A program made the translations under genes and the position numbers. This document shows, piece after piece, positions 47,576 through 58,095 of a DNA stretch of 64,000 nucleotides. Under the pieces are notes generated by a model. It saw only the letters and a list, made by a program, of their open reading frames with translations. It made no database searches and was not told the DNA's origin. Position 1 is the stretch's first letter. Every line of letters begins with the position of its first letter. Source of the DNA: an uncultured Eubacteriaceae bacterium (lineage in GTDB: Bacteria; Bacillota; Clostridia; Eubacteriales; UBA1433); NCBI GenBank assembly GCA_964581565.1, contig CAZOOZ010000010.1, positions 1,239-65,238 of the forward strand, written 5' to 3'.

Positions 47576-47684
47576 ACAACCCCCTGTTTTCTCTTCTCTA
47601 TAAACTAATAAAATTACCAATTAAAAAAATATGACGCATACATTGTATGTTTATTATATCATTTATATAAAACAAAAATGACAG

Positions 47685-48125
47685 TTAATTTCTTTTTGAA
47701 CTGAAAAAATTTACCATTAAAGTTTTGCATTCTTCTTCTTTGATGCCACCGTAAATTTCTATGCACCTGTCATTTACAATACTATAGATATTAATTAAAG
47801 AATCGGCAAACCCCATTTTGGGCTCTGTCGTCCCATACACCAATTTCTTGATTCTTGTATTTAAGATACTGCCCATACACATCATGCATGGCTCTACGGT
47901 TACATATAGCTCACAATCATCTAAATAAGTCGTATCGAGCTTTTTTAATGCTTTCTTTATTACAAGCATTTCGGCATGTGCGAGGGGATTATTCTTTTCA
48001 ACGCACTGATTGTGTGCTTTTGCAATAAGTTCATTGCCTCTATAAAGCACGGCTCCGATCGGGACTTCATTCTTCTCATATGCTTTTTTTGCTATTTTCA
48101 GTGCTTCTTCCATTTTTTTATACAT
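47685..48125 (-). CDS. tadA: tRNA adenosine(34) deaminase
   Basis: HAE and PCxxC (PCMMCMG) zinc motifs, 146 aa. Confidence 0.9.
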   Translation of the reverse strand: MYKKMEEALKIAKKAYEKNEVPIGAVLYRGNELIAKAHNQCVEKNNPLAHAEMLVIKKALKKLDTTYLDDCELYVTVEPCMMCMGSILNTRIKKLVYGTTEPKMGFADSLINIYSIVNDRCIEIYGGIKEEECKTLMVNFFSSKRN

Positions 48126-48231
48126 TCCTTTAACTCCTCACACCGATAATTATTATAAAAAAAATTATATTTTAGTGCAAGTAAAATATAATTTCATATT
48201 GTTATTTAATCTTAATTTTTTCTGACAATCA

Positions 48232-48996
48232 TTATTCTATGTTAATATTATTATATAAAGATAAGATATCTTCTTTTTTCGCAGACAGTTTTTCTTCATT
48301 TTTTAGATCTACAATCGTTCTCCCCTTATGCAACATAATCAACCGGTTCCCATATTCAAGCGCATATCGTACATTATGTGTGACCATCATGGCCGTGATT
48401 GAATTTTCCTTAATGATTTTATCCGTCATCTGCATAATACTCTCTGCAGTACTGGGATCCAGCGCTGCCGTGTGTTCGTCGAGTATCAGCATTTCGATAG
48501 GTGCCATCACCGACATCAATAAAGCCAATGCCTGCCTTTGTCCGCCTGAGAGCGCGCCCGCTTTCGTATACAATTTATTTTCGAGGCCCAGATTCAGGCT
48601 ACACAGACGCTCTTTATAGTGATCGATCCTTTTTTTATTTGTGCCTGCTCTTAGATTGTAGCTTTTACCTTTATTATCCGCCATTGACAAATTTTCAAGT
48701 ATTGTCATATCTGCACAGGTACCCATGGAAGGATTTTGATATACCCGGCCTATTTTGCTGTAACGCATAAAGTCTTTCATATTCGTTATGTTACGGCCGT
48801 CAAAAAAAACTGCACCGCCCTGTATATCCATGCTGCCGCAAATAACATTCAAAATAGATGTTTTCCCGCTTCCGTTTGACCCCACTACAGAGACAAACTC
48901 GCCATCGTTTACCGTTAAATTAAACCCTTCAAATAAAGTATTTTCATTGATCGTCCCTGCGTCGTATACTTTATAAATATCTTTGAGTTCAAGCAA
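48232..48996 (-). CDS. ABC transporter ATP-binding protein of the BMP-family importer
   Basis: Walker A GSNGSGKTS, signature LSGGQRQ, Walker B LILDEH. Confidence 0.9.
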   Translation of the reverse strand: MLELKDIYKVYDAGTINENTLFEGFNLTVNDGEFVSVVGSNGSGKTSILNVICGSMDIQGGAVFFDGRNITNMKDFMRYSKIGRVYQNPSMGTCADMTILENLSMADNKGKSYNLRAGTNKKRIDHYKERLCSLNLGLENKLYTKAGALSGGQRQALALLMSVMAPIEMLILDEHTAALDPSTAESIMQMTDKIIKENSITAMMVTHNVRYALEYGNRLIMLHKGRTIVDLKNEEKLSAKKEDILSLYNNINIE

Positions 48997-49870
48997 TTTT
49001 TTTCACCTTCTTTTTTCTGTCTTTGCCGACAATAAGAATCACCAAAAATAAGCATGCCGTAATCAGCTTCATATCGATTGCAGGCATTCCTGCGGCGATA
49101 GCCGCCGCCACGCAGGCTTTATATAAAATACTGCCTATAATAACTGCCAAGGTGCCACCTACAAACTTAACTTTTTTAAATAAGTTAAGCCCGATGATAA
49201 CAGAAGCAAGCCCTATAATGATCGTTCCCGTTCCCATATTTACTTCAAAAAATCTTTGCTGCTGGCACATAATGCTTCCGCCGAGCGCAACGAGCGCATT
49301 GCTTATCATGAGTCCGATAATCTTTACCGTTCCGCTGTTTTTTGCAAGAAGCGACACCACTGCCGGATTGCTGCCCACCGCCCGCAGAAGATAACCGGAT
49401 TTTGTTTTTAAATATCTGTCCAGCAACGTTTTTGAAAGTATCAAAAAAATCAATATAATAATGATAGATTTAAAGGTCTCTAAAGTTCCGTTAAAGAGGT
49501 TGCCAAACCCGCTGTTAAAAATCGTGTTCATGCCAAAAATGGGCACATTCGCTTTCGCTGCAACGTGTAAATTAACAGAATACAACGCAGTCATCGTAAT
49601 GATACCGCTGAGCAAATCTCTTATTTTAAATTTTACATGGATAACACCCGTAACCAATCCTGCCACTGCCCCACCGAAAAGCGCGACTACTAAGGCAAAA
49701 TAAGGATTTGCCCCGTTTGTGATCATAATAGCCGTAATAGATGCTCCGAGTGGGAAAGATCCGTCTACCGTCAGATCCGGAAAATCTAAGATTTTATATG
49801 TGATGTAGACACCGAGTGCCATGATGGCATAAATCATGCCTTGTTCTAATATTCCTAAAATAATGTTCAT
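48989..49870 (-). CDS. ABC transporter permease of the BMP-family importer
   Basis: Multi-TM. I placed the start at the ATG at 49870 (MNIILGILEQG). 8-nt overlap with the ATPase gene. Confidence 0.8.
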   Translation of the reverse strand: MNIILGILEQGMIYAIMALGVYITYKILDFPDLTVDGSFPLGASITAIMITNGANPYFALVVALFGGAVAGLVTGVIHVKFKIRDLLSGIITMTALYSVNLHVAAKANVPIFGMNTIFNSGFGNLFNGTLETFKSIIIILIFLILSKTLLDRYLKTKSGYLLRAVGSNPAVVSLLAKNSGTVKIIGLMISNALVALGGSIMCQQQRFFEVNMGTGTIIIGLASVIIGLNLFKKVKFVGGTLAVIIGSILYKACVAAAIAAGMPAIDMKLITACLFLVILIVGKDRKKKVKKIA

Positions 49871-49934
49871 TTCTTTGCCTTTGTATTCGGCAGAAGGCAA
49901 AACGCCCACTGCCGAACTGCTTTTTTTTAAATCT

Positions 49935-50903
49935 TTATTCTGCCGTTACTTCTGTTGCTCTTTCTCTGAAATCATCTGTGAGTGTGAAATTGAATTTTTT
50001 CATTGCCTGTGTATTGACATACAGGCTGCTGTTGTCAATGATTTGATACTCTATTTCATCCGCTGTTTTTTCGCCGTTTAAAACACTCGCCGCGATTTGT
50101 CCCGTTTGTTTTCCAAGTTCCAGATACTCTATGCCTTCGGCTGCTACGCAGCCCAGCTTTACTTGCTCTATTTCGCTTCCAAACACCGGTATTCCTGCCG
50201 TGTTTGCTTTATCCAGCACAACCGTAAGGGAGCCTACTACCGTGTTATCCGTAAGGTTTGTGATACAATCCACTTTGTTTACTAAGTTATCTGCCGCAAG
50301 CGGAATATCAGCCGAGGTGCTGATGCCCACATCAACAATTTCAAATCCGTATGTAGGCGCCATCGCCTTGTATTCTTCTATCGTGGATTGCGAATTTACT
50401 TCACTTGTTGTGTATAGGATACCTATTTTGGCGGCATTTGGCATCAATGCACGGATTAATTGCAGCTGAGCTTCCACAGGAAGCTTATCACTCGTTCCCG
50501 TGATATTGCCTTCGGTAAGCATTGCGGCATTCGGATCTGTAACAGCCGTGAAAATAACAGGTATATCTGTATCGCTTGCCGCATTATACGCGGCTTGTGC
50601 CGCCGGTGTAGCAATAGCACAAATCATATCGACATTGTCGGTAACAAAGCTTTCAGCAATCAGGCTTGCCGTTCCCGCATCGAATTGCGCACTTTGATAT
50701 TTTACTGTTAAGTTTTCACCCTCCACATATCCCGCTTCTTCTAACCCTTCCAAAAATCCTTCTCTGCAATTATCGAGCGAAGGGTGATCGCCAAATTGAA
50801 CAATACCGATTGTGACATCTTCTTTCACTGCCGATGTGTTGCTACATGCCGCAAAACCAAGTGTAAATAAAACAATTAAAATTAAAATAATACTTTTCTT
50901 CAT
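49935..50903 (-). CDS. BMP-family (ABC.X4-type) substrate-binding lipoprotein, predicted aromatic amino acid (Trp) uptake
   Basis: Lipobox GFAAC. I placed the start at the ATG at 50903 (GAGAGG 7 nt upstream). A Trp-specifier T-box lies upstream. Confidence 0.75.
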   Translation of the reverse strand: MKKSIILILIVLFTLGFAACSNTSAVKEDVTIGIVQFGDHPSLDNCREGFLEGLEEAGYVEGENLTVKYQSAQFDAGTASLIAESFVTDNVDMICAIATPAAQAAYNAASDTDIPVIFTAVTDPNAAMLTEGNITGTSDKLPVEAQLQLIRALMPNAAKIGILYTTSEVNSQSTIEEYKAMAPTYGFEIVDVGISTSADIPLAADNLVNKVDCITNLTDNTVVGSLTVVLDKANTAGIPVFGSEIEQVKLGCVAAEGIEYLELGKQTGQIAASVLNGEKTADEIEYQIIDNSSLYVNTQAMKKFNFTLTDDFRERATEVTAE

Positions 50904-51013
50904 TTCCATACCTCTCTACCATATTTAAAGTTAACTTAAATTAAAACAGTTTGCTGCATAAAGACTTTATTTATAATGCCAGTGTGCTTTACTATCAACA
51001 TCTCCTTTGCAAT

Positions 51014-51290
51014 AAAAAAATCCCAAGTATTATAAAAATACTTGGGACGAATATCCGCGGTGCCACCCAAATTGACTAAAATAAATTAGCCCAACTCAAC
51101 TGTTCACATACCATCATATGTGCCGCTTTTATAACAGGTGCGGTTCCCGTTGGCGCCTACTTTTAATATTTCGGGCCACCCTCAAAAGTCCATTCACTGT
51201 ATAAATCTATATTGCCTTTTCACCACCGGCAACTCTCTGAGATAGCGTTCATACAACTACTACTCTTTATCAACAGTTTTAATTTAAAGT
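51014..51290 (-). promoter_or_regulatory. T-box leader, Trp (TGG) specifier, upstream of the BMP-family ABC importer
   Basis: On the minus strand: CAGAGAG box, specifier GAA-TGG-A (TGG = 51190-51192), T-box AATTTGGGTGGCACCGCGG (51055-51073). The terminator is UCCCAAGUAU...AUACUUGGGA + U7 (51014-51048). Confidence 0.88.
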
Positions 51291-51297
51291 TATATTG

Positions 51298-51326
51298 ATT
51301 GTATAGTAGCATTATCGCTGTGTCAA
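51298..51326 (-). promoter_or_regulatory. Sigma-A promoter of the second T-box leader (TTGACA-17-TACAAT)
   Basis: Hexamers and 17-nt spacer read on the minus strand. Confidence 0.7.
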
Positions 51327-51443
51327 TAGCAAATTTTACTTAAATAAAATAAATAGTATAAATATTTAAAATCTATTCCTAAAATGAAAAGCCTGCTTCA
51401 TATTATTTATTATAGATTTTTTAAATGATGAGGTGGCATACAG

Positions 51444-52565
51444 GTGCGCAAGTTGGTTGCTTTTATTTTATTTGCATTATTAGTCGGATTTATATATTAT
51501 TTTCCTTCCGTCACAGATAAAATATATGAAACGGAGCCCAAAAATACCACTGAGCAAACATCATATGACGGCGTGCTCACTGTTGCGGATACGGTCAAAC
51601 GCACCGTAGCCGGTGCCCGATACGGATATATCAATAAAATTATATATAACTTTGAGCAAAATCATCCTAAAATTAGAATAGAATTAAAAGAATTAAAATA
51701 CAGTGATAACGCAGAAATCGCTCTTCGGCTCAGCATCGAAGATACCCATCCCGATATTATGCCTTATTATGTGGCAGGATCTGCAATTGGCGATAAATAT
51801 TTAACTCCCGTGCAAAATTATGAAATATTTTATAATGATTTAAATGATTATTTTTCTGCGCGTTTAAAAGACGGCACTTTCAAAGCGCTGCCTGTATCTT
51901 ACGAAGTTCCCGTGATTATTATAAATACGGACCTTATATCACAGCTTAATTTAACACTGCCCGAAAAATTTACTGCGGATACATTTTTTTCTTTGCTGAC
52001 GCAAATTGACGAAGCCATTGCAAACAATACGCTTTACACTTTTGATATGCTGATTACAAAAAACAACAATTTATGGCAGCCCTTTTATCTAAATAACGAC
52101 CTTTCAAAAATCGCTTCCTTAAAACATATACGAAGTGATCTTTTCGGCGGCAGTGAAGATGATGTGCTCAGCCTGTTTTCGGATTCTAAGACTGCGGTGT
52201 GCATCTTAAGCGTCAGTCAACTGCGTGCTCTTCAAAATATGCAAAATAAAGGCAGCGGCAGTAAATGGTGTGTTTATGCCCTTCCTTACTCGCAAACTTA
52301 TATCAGCAATATTTCTTTTTATGCTGCACTTAAAACCGACGATGCTCTCAAAAAGGATGCCATAAATGATTTTTTAAAGATGCTTCTAAATGATGAATCA
52401 CAGCTTCTCCTTGAAGACATTATGCATCTTCCCGTGAAAGAAGTAGTCTATGAAAAATATACCTATTTAAATACACTGAAAATCAAAGATCAAGGCGTTT
52501 TACTGGATATGGATATAAAAACACTTGATAAAATTTATAACGAAATGATACAAAGTATACCTTAA
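51444..52565 (+). CDS. Hypothetical membrane-anchored extracytoplasmic protein (solute-binding-protein-like?)
   Basis: GTG start with SD GAGGTGG. N-terminal TM segment, no catalytic motif recognised. Confidence 0.5.
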   Translation: MRKLVAFILFALLVGFIYYFPSVTDKIYETEPKNTTEQTSYDGVLTVADTVKRTVAGARYGYINKIIYNFEQNHPKIRIELKELKYSDNAEIALRLSIEDTHPDIMPYYVAGSAIGDKYLTPVQNYEIFYNDLNDYFSARLKDGTFKALPVSYEVPVIIINTDLISQLNLTLPEKFTADTFFSLLTQIDEAIANNTLYTFDMLITKNNNLWQPFYLNNDLSKIASLKHIRSDLFGGSEDDVLSLFSDSKTAVCILSVSQLRALQNMQNKGSGSKWCVYALPYSQTYISNISFYAALKTDDALKKDAINDFLKMLLNDESQLLLEDIMHLPVKEVVYEKYTYLNTLKIKDQGVLLDMDIKTLDKIYNEMIQSIP

Positions 52566-52617
52566 TTGCTTACTTTATTGTATAATATGAACGCAAACAA
52601 ATGAAAGGATAGACCAC

Positions 52618-53523
52618 ATGTATACCAATTTCTTAAATGATATACGCAAATTTCTTACCGATGAAGAAATAACAGTCAATGCAGATATGCGTTTTTATAC
52701 ATCTTTTAAAGCAGGCGGAAGTGCTGATATGCTGCTGCAAATAAAAAAATTAGATCATCTTAAAAATGTTTTGGCATTACTGCATTCTCATGATATTAAC
52801 TATACTGTCATTGGCAACGGTACAAATATTTTGGTAAAAGATAACGGCTACCGGGGCGTGTTGATTCGTATTGTAGAAAACATGAATGCACTCGATGTGA
52901 AGGACGGTTTTATATTTGCAGATGCGGGCGTGCTGCTCTCCACACTCAGCAAAGCGGCTGCCGAAAACTGCATTGGCGGGCTGGAATTTCTAAGCGGGAT
53001 TCCGGGAAGCGTGGGAGGCGCCGTTTGCATGAATGCGGGTGCGTACAACGGCGAGATGAAAGATGTTTTGGTGAGTGCCACAATACTATATCCGAGCGGC
53101 GAGGTAAAGACCTTGCCGATGGAAGAATTAAACCTCTCTTATCGAAACAGCAATGTAAAAGACAGTGGCGCTGTTGTGCTCGGTGCAATCTTTAGCGGAC
53201 CTAAAAAAAACAAAGATGAAATTTATCACAGAATGAATCAGCTGAACACGCGAAGGCGCGATAAACAGCCCCTGGAATTTCCAAGTGCGGGCAGCACATT
53301 TAAGCGGCCCGAAGGTTATTTTGCAGGCAAGCTGATTGAAGATTGCAATCTTAAAGGCAAGGGTATCGGAGGCGCAAAAGTAAGCGAAAAACACGCCGGA
53401 TTCATCATAAATTACAATAATGCAACCGCGCAAGATATTTTAGATACGATAGAGATGGTTCGGCAAGTCGTTTTTAAGATATATCATGTCGAATTAGAAA
53501 ACGAAGTTAAAGTTATAGGTTAA
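52618..53523 (+). CDS. murB: UDP-N-acetylenolpyruvoylglucosamine reductase
   Basis: 301 aa, FAD-binding pattern (GNGTNILV, GIPGSVGGAVCMNAGAYG-like) and C-terminal domain. Confidence 0.92.
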   Translation: MYTNFLNDIRKFLTDEEITVNADMRFYTSFKAGGSADMLLQIKKLDHLKNVLALLHSHDINYTVIGNGTNILVKDNGYRGVLIRIVENMNALDVKDGFIFADAGVLLSTLSKAAAENCIGGLEFLSGIPGSVGGAVCMNAGAYNGEMKDVLVSATILYPSGEVKTLPMEELNLSYRNSNVKDSGAVVLGAIFSGPKKNKDEIYHRMNQLNTRRRDKQPLEFPSAGSTFKRPEGYFAGKLIEDCNLKGKGIGGAKVSEKHAGFIINYNNATAQDILDTIEMVRQVVFKIYHVELENEVKVIG

Positions 53524-53550
53524 ACAAAATAATAAAAAGTAAAGCAAGCA

Positions 53551-53573
53551 AAGAGCAGACGGCTCTTTTTTTG
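53551..53573 (+). terminator. murB terminator
   Basis: AAGAGC-N5-GCTCTT followed by TTTTTT. Confidence 0.6.
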
Positions 53574-53577
53574 TATT

Positions 53578-53612
53578 AAAAAAACAGCATATCTTAGATA
53601 TGCTGTTTTTAT
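53578..53612 (-). terminator. Terminator after the M23 peptidase gene (palindromic, usable both ways)
   Basis: AACAGCATATCT-T-AGATATGCTGTT with A/T runs on both sides. Confidence 0.7.
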
Positions 53613-53622
53613 TATTCTTCAG

Positions 53623-55275
53623 TTATTGAAGTGCTGTCACTCTTCGCCCTACTTGCAGGAAGGAGAAAAAGTTTTTCACCGGAAGCGCATTTCCGTTATA
53701 CCTGATGGCAAAATGCAGATGTGGCCCTGTGCTGTTGCCTGTGCTTCCCATGCTGCCGATCATCTGGCCTTGGGAAACTGTGTCTCCAACACTCACACTG
53801 TAGCTTGATAAGTGTCCGTATAGCGTGGAATAACCGTCTGCATGCTTGATGATAATACATTTGCCGTATCCGCCGTTCCAACCAACCATTGCAACAATGC
53901 CGGAATCGGATGCATAGATCGGAGTGCCTACTTTATTTGCGATATCCACGGCTTTCCCGCCGGCATGAGAGCCTGGTTTATTGATGGCCGATACTACTCC
54001 GCTTGTCGGAATTAAGAAGCTGCCCGTGCTCGATGCTGCCGGAAGTGCCATTGTTCCGATTGCAACGATCTCGTCTACAGGGTCTTTTATACGCTCTGCA
54101 GACAACACTTCTCTGCTTGTTTCTTTTCCGTTCACATAGGTGATAATCGCGGTTATTTCTTCTTGTCCGTTTACGCCTTCAGAGACGATCCTCTCTGCAC
54201 CTTCAAACATGGAATCATCATATTTATAAGTCGTGCCATATTCTACGTCTTCCGTGAATGTCACTTCTTTTTTCGTTTTTATCGTAACGATCGGCTTGCT
54301 TGAACTTGCCTGACTCGTTTTAAATTTATCTTTATCGATGCTGAATGCCGTCATGACTTTACTTTCGTCTTCAAGTTCAGATACAGATTTAGCATCTGCA
54401 CTGTCGGCCGCAATAGCTTCACTTACCGCATCATCGGAATTATCTTCTCCAAAAACACTTGCAACGACGCCATCTACCGTTTCTACTTGAGAGAGAGGAA
54501 TGATCTTTTCTTCCATCGTAATATCCTGATTGATTTCAGCCTCACCGACTAATGTCTCATTGTCTGTTGTTGCGCTGTATTGCATGGTCAGCTCTTTGAT
54601 CACTTCTTCACCGTCTTCTTTCGACCCCACACAGGCAAGTTCTTTGCCGTCAACCAAAATAACAACGCCGTTGACATACAGTTCAAATCCGTTTTCATAA
54701 ACGGCACGCTTACATTCTTCCGCATTCATCGTGCTGCCTATTTTCGTAATGGGAGCTTTTGTGTACACAACCGTTTGTTCATAATATAGATCCCCGATAT
54801 CATACCACTGGCTCATATCGTTTTCTATCGTATTCAATGCTTCTTCGAAAACTTGAGGGTCTTTTACAACCCCGACCTCACTGCCGTTTAAATAAACCGT
54901 ATAGCCGTATGCCATTTGAGGCATAAAAATAATAAGCGCAGCGATAAGCAAGGCGCTCGCCAAAACAACAGTCTTTGTACTTCTGATCGTCAGGGAATGT
55001 ATAAGTCGTGAAAGATAATAGAATATATTTAAAAACGCAAATTTAATTGCACATTGTAACCAGCAAATTTTATAATCTGTTTCGTTTACCCACATGCCGA
55101 AGGAAGTTGTATTGCTTACCTTTCCTTTGGCTTTTTTGTTGTAGCTGTCTTTTTGCCATTTCACATATGTCATTTCATCAATCAAATGACGTCTGTTTTT
55201 CTTTTTTAGTATCTTATTATTGGCCGCTTCCAGCCTTTTATCATAATTTCTTCTGACTTGAAATCTTAATTTCAT
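53623..55275 (-). CDS. Membrane-anchored M23 family metallopeptidase with G5 domain
   Basis: TM near residue 100, G5-like segment (RIVSEGVNGQEEITAIITYVNGKE), M23 motifs HAGGKAVDIA and GPHLHF. Confidence 0.85.
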   Translation of the reverse strand: MKLRFQVRRNYDKRLEAANNKILKKKNRRHLIDEMTYVKWQKDSYNKKAKGKVSNTTSFGMWVNETDYKICWLQCAIKFAFLNIFYYLSRLIHSLTIRSTKTVVLASALLIAALIIFMPQMAYGYTVYLNGSEVGVVKDPQVFEEALNTIENDMSQWYDIGDLYYEQTVVYTKAPITKIGSTMNAEECKRAVYENGFELYVNGVVILVDGKELACVGSKEDGEEVIKELTMQYSATTDNETLVGEAEINQDITMEEKIIPLSQVETVDGVVASVFGEDNSDDAVSEAIAADSADAKSVSELEDESKVMTAFSIDKDKFKTSQASSSKPIVTIKTKKEVTFTEDVEYGTTYKYDDSMFEGAERIVSEGVNGQEEITAIITYVNGKETSREVLSAERIKDPVDEIVAIGTMALPAASSTGSFLIPTSGVVSAINKPGSHAGGKAVDIANKVGTPIYASDSGIVAMVGWNGGYGKCIIIKHADGYSTLYGHLSSYSVSVGDTVSQGQMIGSMGSTGNSTGPHLHFAIRYNGNALPVKNFFSFLQVGRRVTALQ

Positions 55276-55393
55276 GCTACACCTTTTACAAACTCGTTGT
55301 TGTATAGTTACATTTTAGTTACAAAGTAATTATATACTTTTTTTCTTTCAAGTCAAGGCTTATTTATATTAAATTTACATTCAAAATTCGACT

Positions 55394-56158
55394 TTATTTT
55401 TGTTTATCGAAAGTATATATCAGACGTGAATGGATAGTATTTTGCATGCAAATAATACCAAAAGCTTCGTCAATTAATTTTTTATCATAAATTTGTTGTG
55501 GAGGCAAATATCCTAAAATCTGACCTTCCTTCATCACGCAAAGCAAATCACTGTGAAGCATTGCAAGTGATATATCATGCAAGATCATGATAATTGTCTT
55601 TCCCTTTTCATTCAGCAGTTTTATGAGCTCAATAATTTCAAGCTGCTGTGCAACATCCAAGTGTGTCGTGGGCTCATCCAGTAAAATAACATCTGTATCC
55701 TGGGCTACCGCCATTGCAATATAGACTCTTTGACGCTCTCCGCCCGATAATGTCATAATATTTTTATGTCTGAATACCATCGTATCCGTGAGTCTCATCG
55801 CTTCTCTGACTGCATCAATATCTTTTTTAGACGGTTTTCTGCTGAAACCACAATAGGGAAACCTGCCGTGCATAACAAGGCTTTCGACACTCATATTCGC
55901 CGATGTTCTGTTTTGCGGCATCAGAGCTACTTTTTGCGCAAATTCTCTCGGTGCGAAACTATAGATATTCTTATTCTCAAGCAAAATTTGCCCGTCTGCA
56001 GGCCGCAAAAGACGAGCCATCGTTTTTAAAAGCGTCGTTTTCCCGCATCCGTTGGGACCTATGATACAATTTATTTTCCTTTTTTTAAATTCCACATAAA
56101 TATTTTTTAAAATATTTTCCGTGCCATATCCTGCCGATACATTTACCAGCTTAATCAT
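55394..56158 (-). CDS. Iron-chelate/cobalamin-type ABC transporter ATP-binding protein
   Basis: Walker A GPNGCGKTT, LSGGERQR, ILLDEPT. I placed the start at the ATG at 56158 (MIKLVNV). Confidence 0.88.
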   Translation of the reverse strand: MIKLVNVSAGYGTENILKNIYVEFKKRKINCIIGPNGCGKTTLLKTMARLLRPADGQILLENKNIYSFAPREFAQKVALMPQNRTSANMSVESLVMHGRFPYCGFSRKPSKKDIDAVREAMRLTDTMVFRHKNIMTLSGGERQRVYIAMAVAQDTDVILLDEPTTHLDVAQQLEIIELIKLLNEKGKTIIMILHDISLAMLHSDLLCVMKEGQILGYLPPQQIYDKKLIDEAFGIICMQNTIHSRLIYTFDKQK

Positions 56159-57185
56159 ATAATTTCCCCCGTCTCTGCTTAAAGAGCAGATAGATAAAAA
56201 ACGGTCCGCCGATTGCCGAAAGCATAATACCCACAGGCAGCTCATAAGGCGCAAACGCGATGCGGGAAATAAAATCGCACAACAACACGAAAAATGCCCC
56301 GATCAAAGCACTTGCGGGAATCAAAAAACGATTGTCGGCTCCTATGATACTTCGACTGATATGCGGTACAATCAATCCCACAAAACCTAGTAAGCCCGCA
56401 AAACTGACAGCGCTTCCGGCAAGCAATGCAGCCGTTGCTATAAGCACAAAGCGCATAATATTCACCCGCATGCCCAGGGATGTTGCGATGTCATCGCCCA
56501 GCGAAAGCACATTCATGGCTCGGCTTAAAACAAAGGCGGCTATTAGCCCGAAAGCAATATAAAACAATGCAAAATGCAGAATATTGGTATTTACCGCGGA
56601 AAACCCTCCGATCATAAAAGAGCTTGCGCTGATAATGCTGTCGGGATCCATTGTCATAACGGCATCGATCGCGGCAGAAAAAAAGCTGCTTATGGCAACT
56701 CCGGCCAAAATAATCGTGATGCGGGCTGCCCCGCTTTTATATGCGATAAAATAAATCAGCATTGCGGCAGACAGCGCCCCGAGAAATGCCGCTACCGGCA
56801 CATAGGATAGTAATCCCGGGAAAAAGGCAGTCAGCAATACGACAAATAATCCGGAACCGGAATTGATGCCGATAATATTTGGGCTTGCGAGCGCATTATT
56901 TAATACCGACTGCAAAATTGCTCCGGACACAGCCAATGCCGCTCCCGCGGCTACTGCCGCGACTGTGCGCGGTATTCGAATAAAAACAATGATTTTGTAA
57001 ACTAAGTCAGCGCTGTCTTTGTCTAACAGCGCTTGAAAAAAACTTTTTATAGAAATTTGTGAAGACCCTATGGCTATACTTATAAAAATCATTATGATAA
57101 GCATCAGCGCCAGAATGAACAAACAAGTATATTTTGCCCGACTGCTTTTATTGATCTTCGTAAAGATATTCGTATAAAATTTCAT
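56151..57185 (-). CDS. FecCD/BtuC family ABC permease
   Basis: 344 aa, about 9-10 TM segments, family pattern (RIPRTVAAV..., GGPFFIYLL). Confidence 0.88.
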   Translation of the reverse strand: MKFYTNIFTKINKSSRAKYTCLFILALMLIIMIFISIAIGSSQISIKSFFQALLDKDSADLVYKIIVFIRIPRTVAAVAAGAALAVSGAILQSVLNNALASPNIIGINSGSGLFVVLLTAFFPGLLSYVPVAAFLGALSAAMLIYFIAYKSGAARITIILAGVAISSFFSAAIDAVMTMDPDSIISASSFMIGGFSAVNTNILHFALFYIAFGLIAAFVLSRAMNVLSLGDDIATSLGMRVNIMRFVLIATAALLAGSAVSFAGLLGFVGLIVPHISRSIIGADNRFLIPASALIGAFFVLLCDFISRIAFAPYELPVGIMLSAIGGPFFIYLLFKQRRGKLYD

Positions 57186-58095
57186 AAGATTCAGCCCATC
57201 TTGTGTTTGGCTTATATTGAAAATGCTCCTTATCTAGCACATAGCAATGATTATTCTTCACGGCATTGACATTTTTCATAGCCTCATTGGAAAGCAGGCT
57301 CTCATTGACAACATCAATCGCTTTTTGCGTATCGGAACCCATTGTAGTAATAAAGATATACTCCGGATCCGTGAGGACTATTTCTTCAATATTTAAATTT
57401 TCCAGCAAGGATGGTTGAAGCGAGACAATATTGACTGTACTTAAATCTTTTAGCATCGCTCCGACCATATTGTCATCTCCCTTTGATTTAACACCGGTCG
57501 AAAATGCACGAAGCAAAAGAACGGTTGGCTTCTTTTGTTCATCTACCTGGCCTAAAATAGTATCTATCTGAGATTTGATCTCAAGCGCATTCTTTTCATA
57601 TAAATCTTTTCTATCTGTAATATTTGTCATAATATCCAACATATTTAAATAGTCTTCAAAAAGATCGACTTTGAAGAACGCGCAAGTGATACCTGCTTTT
57701 TTTAACGTTTCCGCCGCTGATAGATGCGCAGAAAGATCCGCTGATAAAATAACAAAATCAGGATTCAGCTCAATAATTTTTTCTAAATTCGGCTCCTTCA
57801 CCGACCCTATTATTTCAACATCATCACCCAGATCCATTTTGCGTTCTTCAATGGCATCACTTGTCGTAGCTATAACGCTCCCGCCTGCCAAATGCCATGC
57901 CTCTGTATAAGAACCCATGAGCGATATCACACGCTGTGGATCAGACACTGTGATAACATTGCCGAGTGCATCCGTGAATGTGACAGCATCATCCGAGCCG
58001 TTTGTATTCGCGTTTTGAGCGGTGCATCCGAACAGTAAACTGCATAACAACAATAGAATCAATAAGTTTGATAGATTTTTTTTATGTTTAGCCAT
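57148..58095 (-). CDS. Periplasmic-binding-protein (FecB/BtuF-type) lipoprotein
   Basis: Lipobox LFGC, class III SBP layout. Confidence 0.8.
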   Translation of the reverse strand: MAKHKKNLSNLLILLLLCSLLFGCTAQNANTNGSDDAVTFTDALGNVITVSDPQRVISLMGSYTEAWHLAGGSVIATTSDAIEERKMDLGDDVEIIGSVKEPNLEKIIELNPDFVILSADLSAHLSAAETLKKAGITCAFFKVDLFEDYLNMLDIMTNITDRKDLYEKNALEIKSQIDTILGQVDEQKKPTVLLLRAFSTGVKSKGDDNMVGAMLKDLSTVNIVSLQPSLLENLNIEEIVLTDPEYIFITTMGSDTQKAIDVVNESLLSNEAMKNVNAVKNNHCYVLDKEHFQYKPNTRWAESYEILYEYLYEDQ

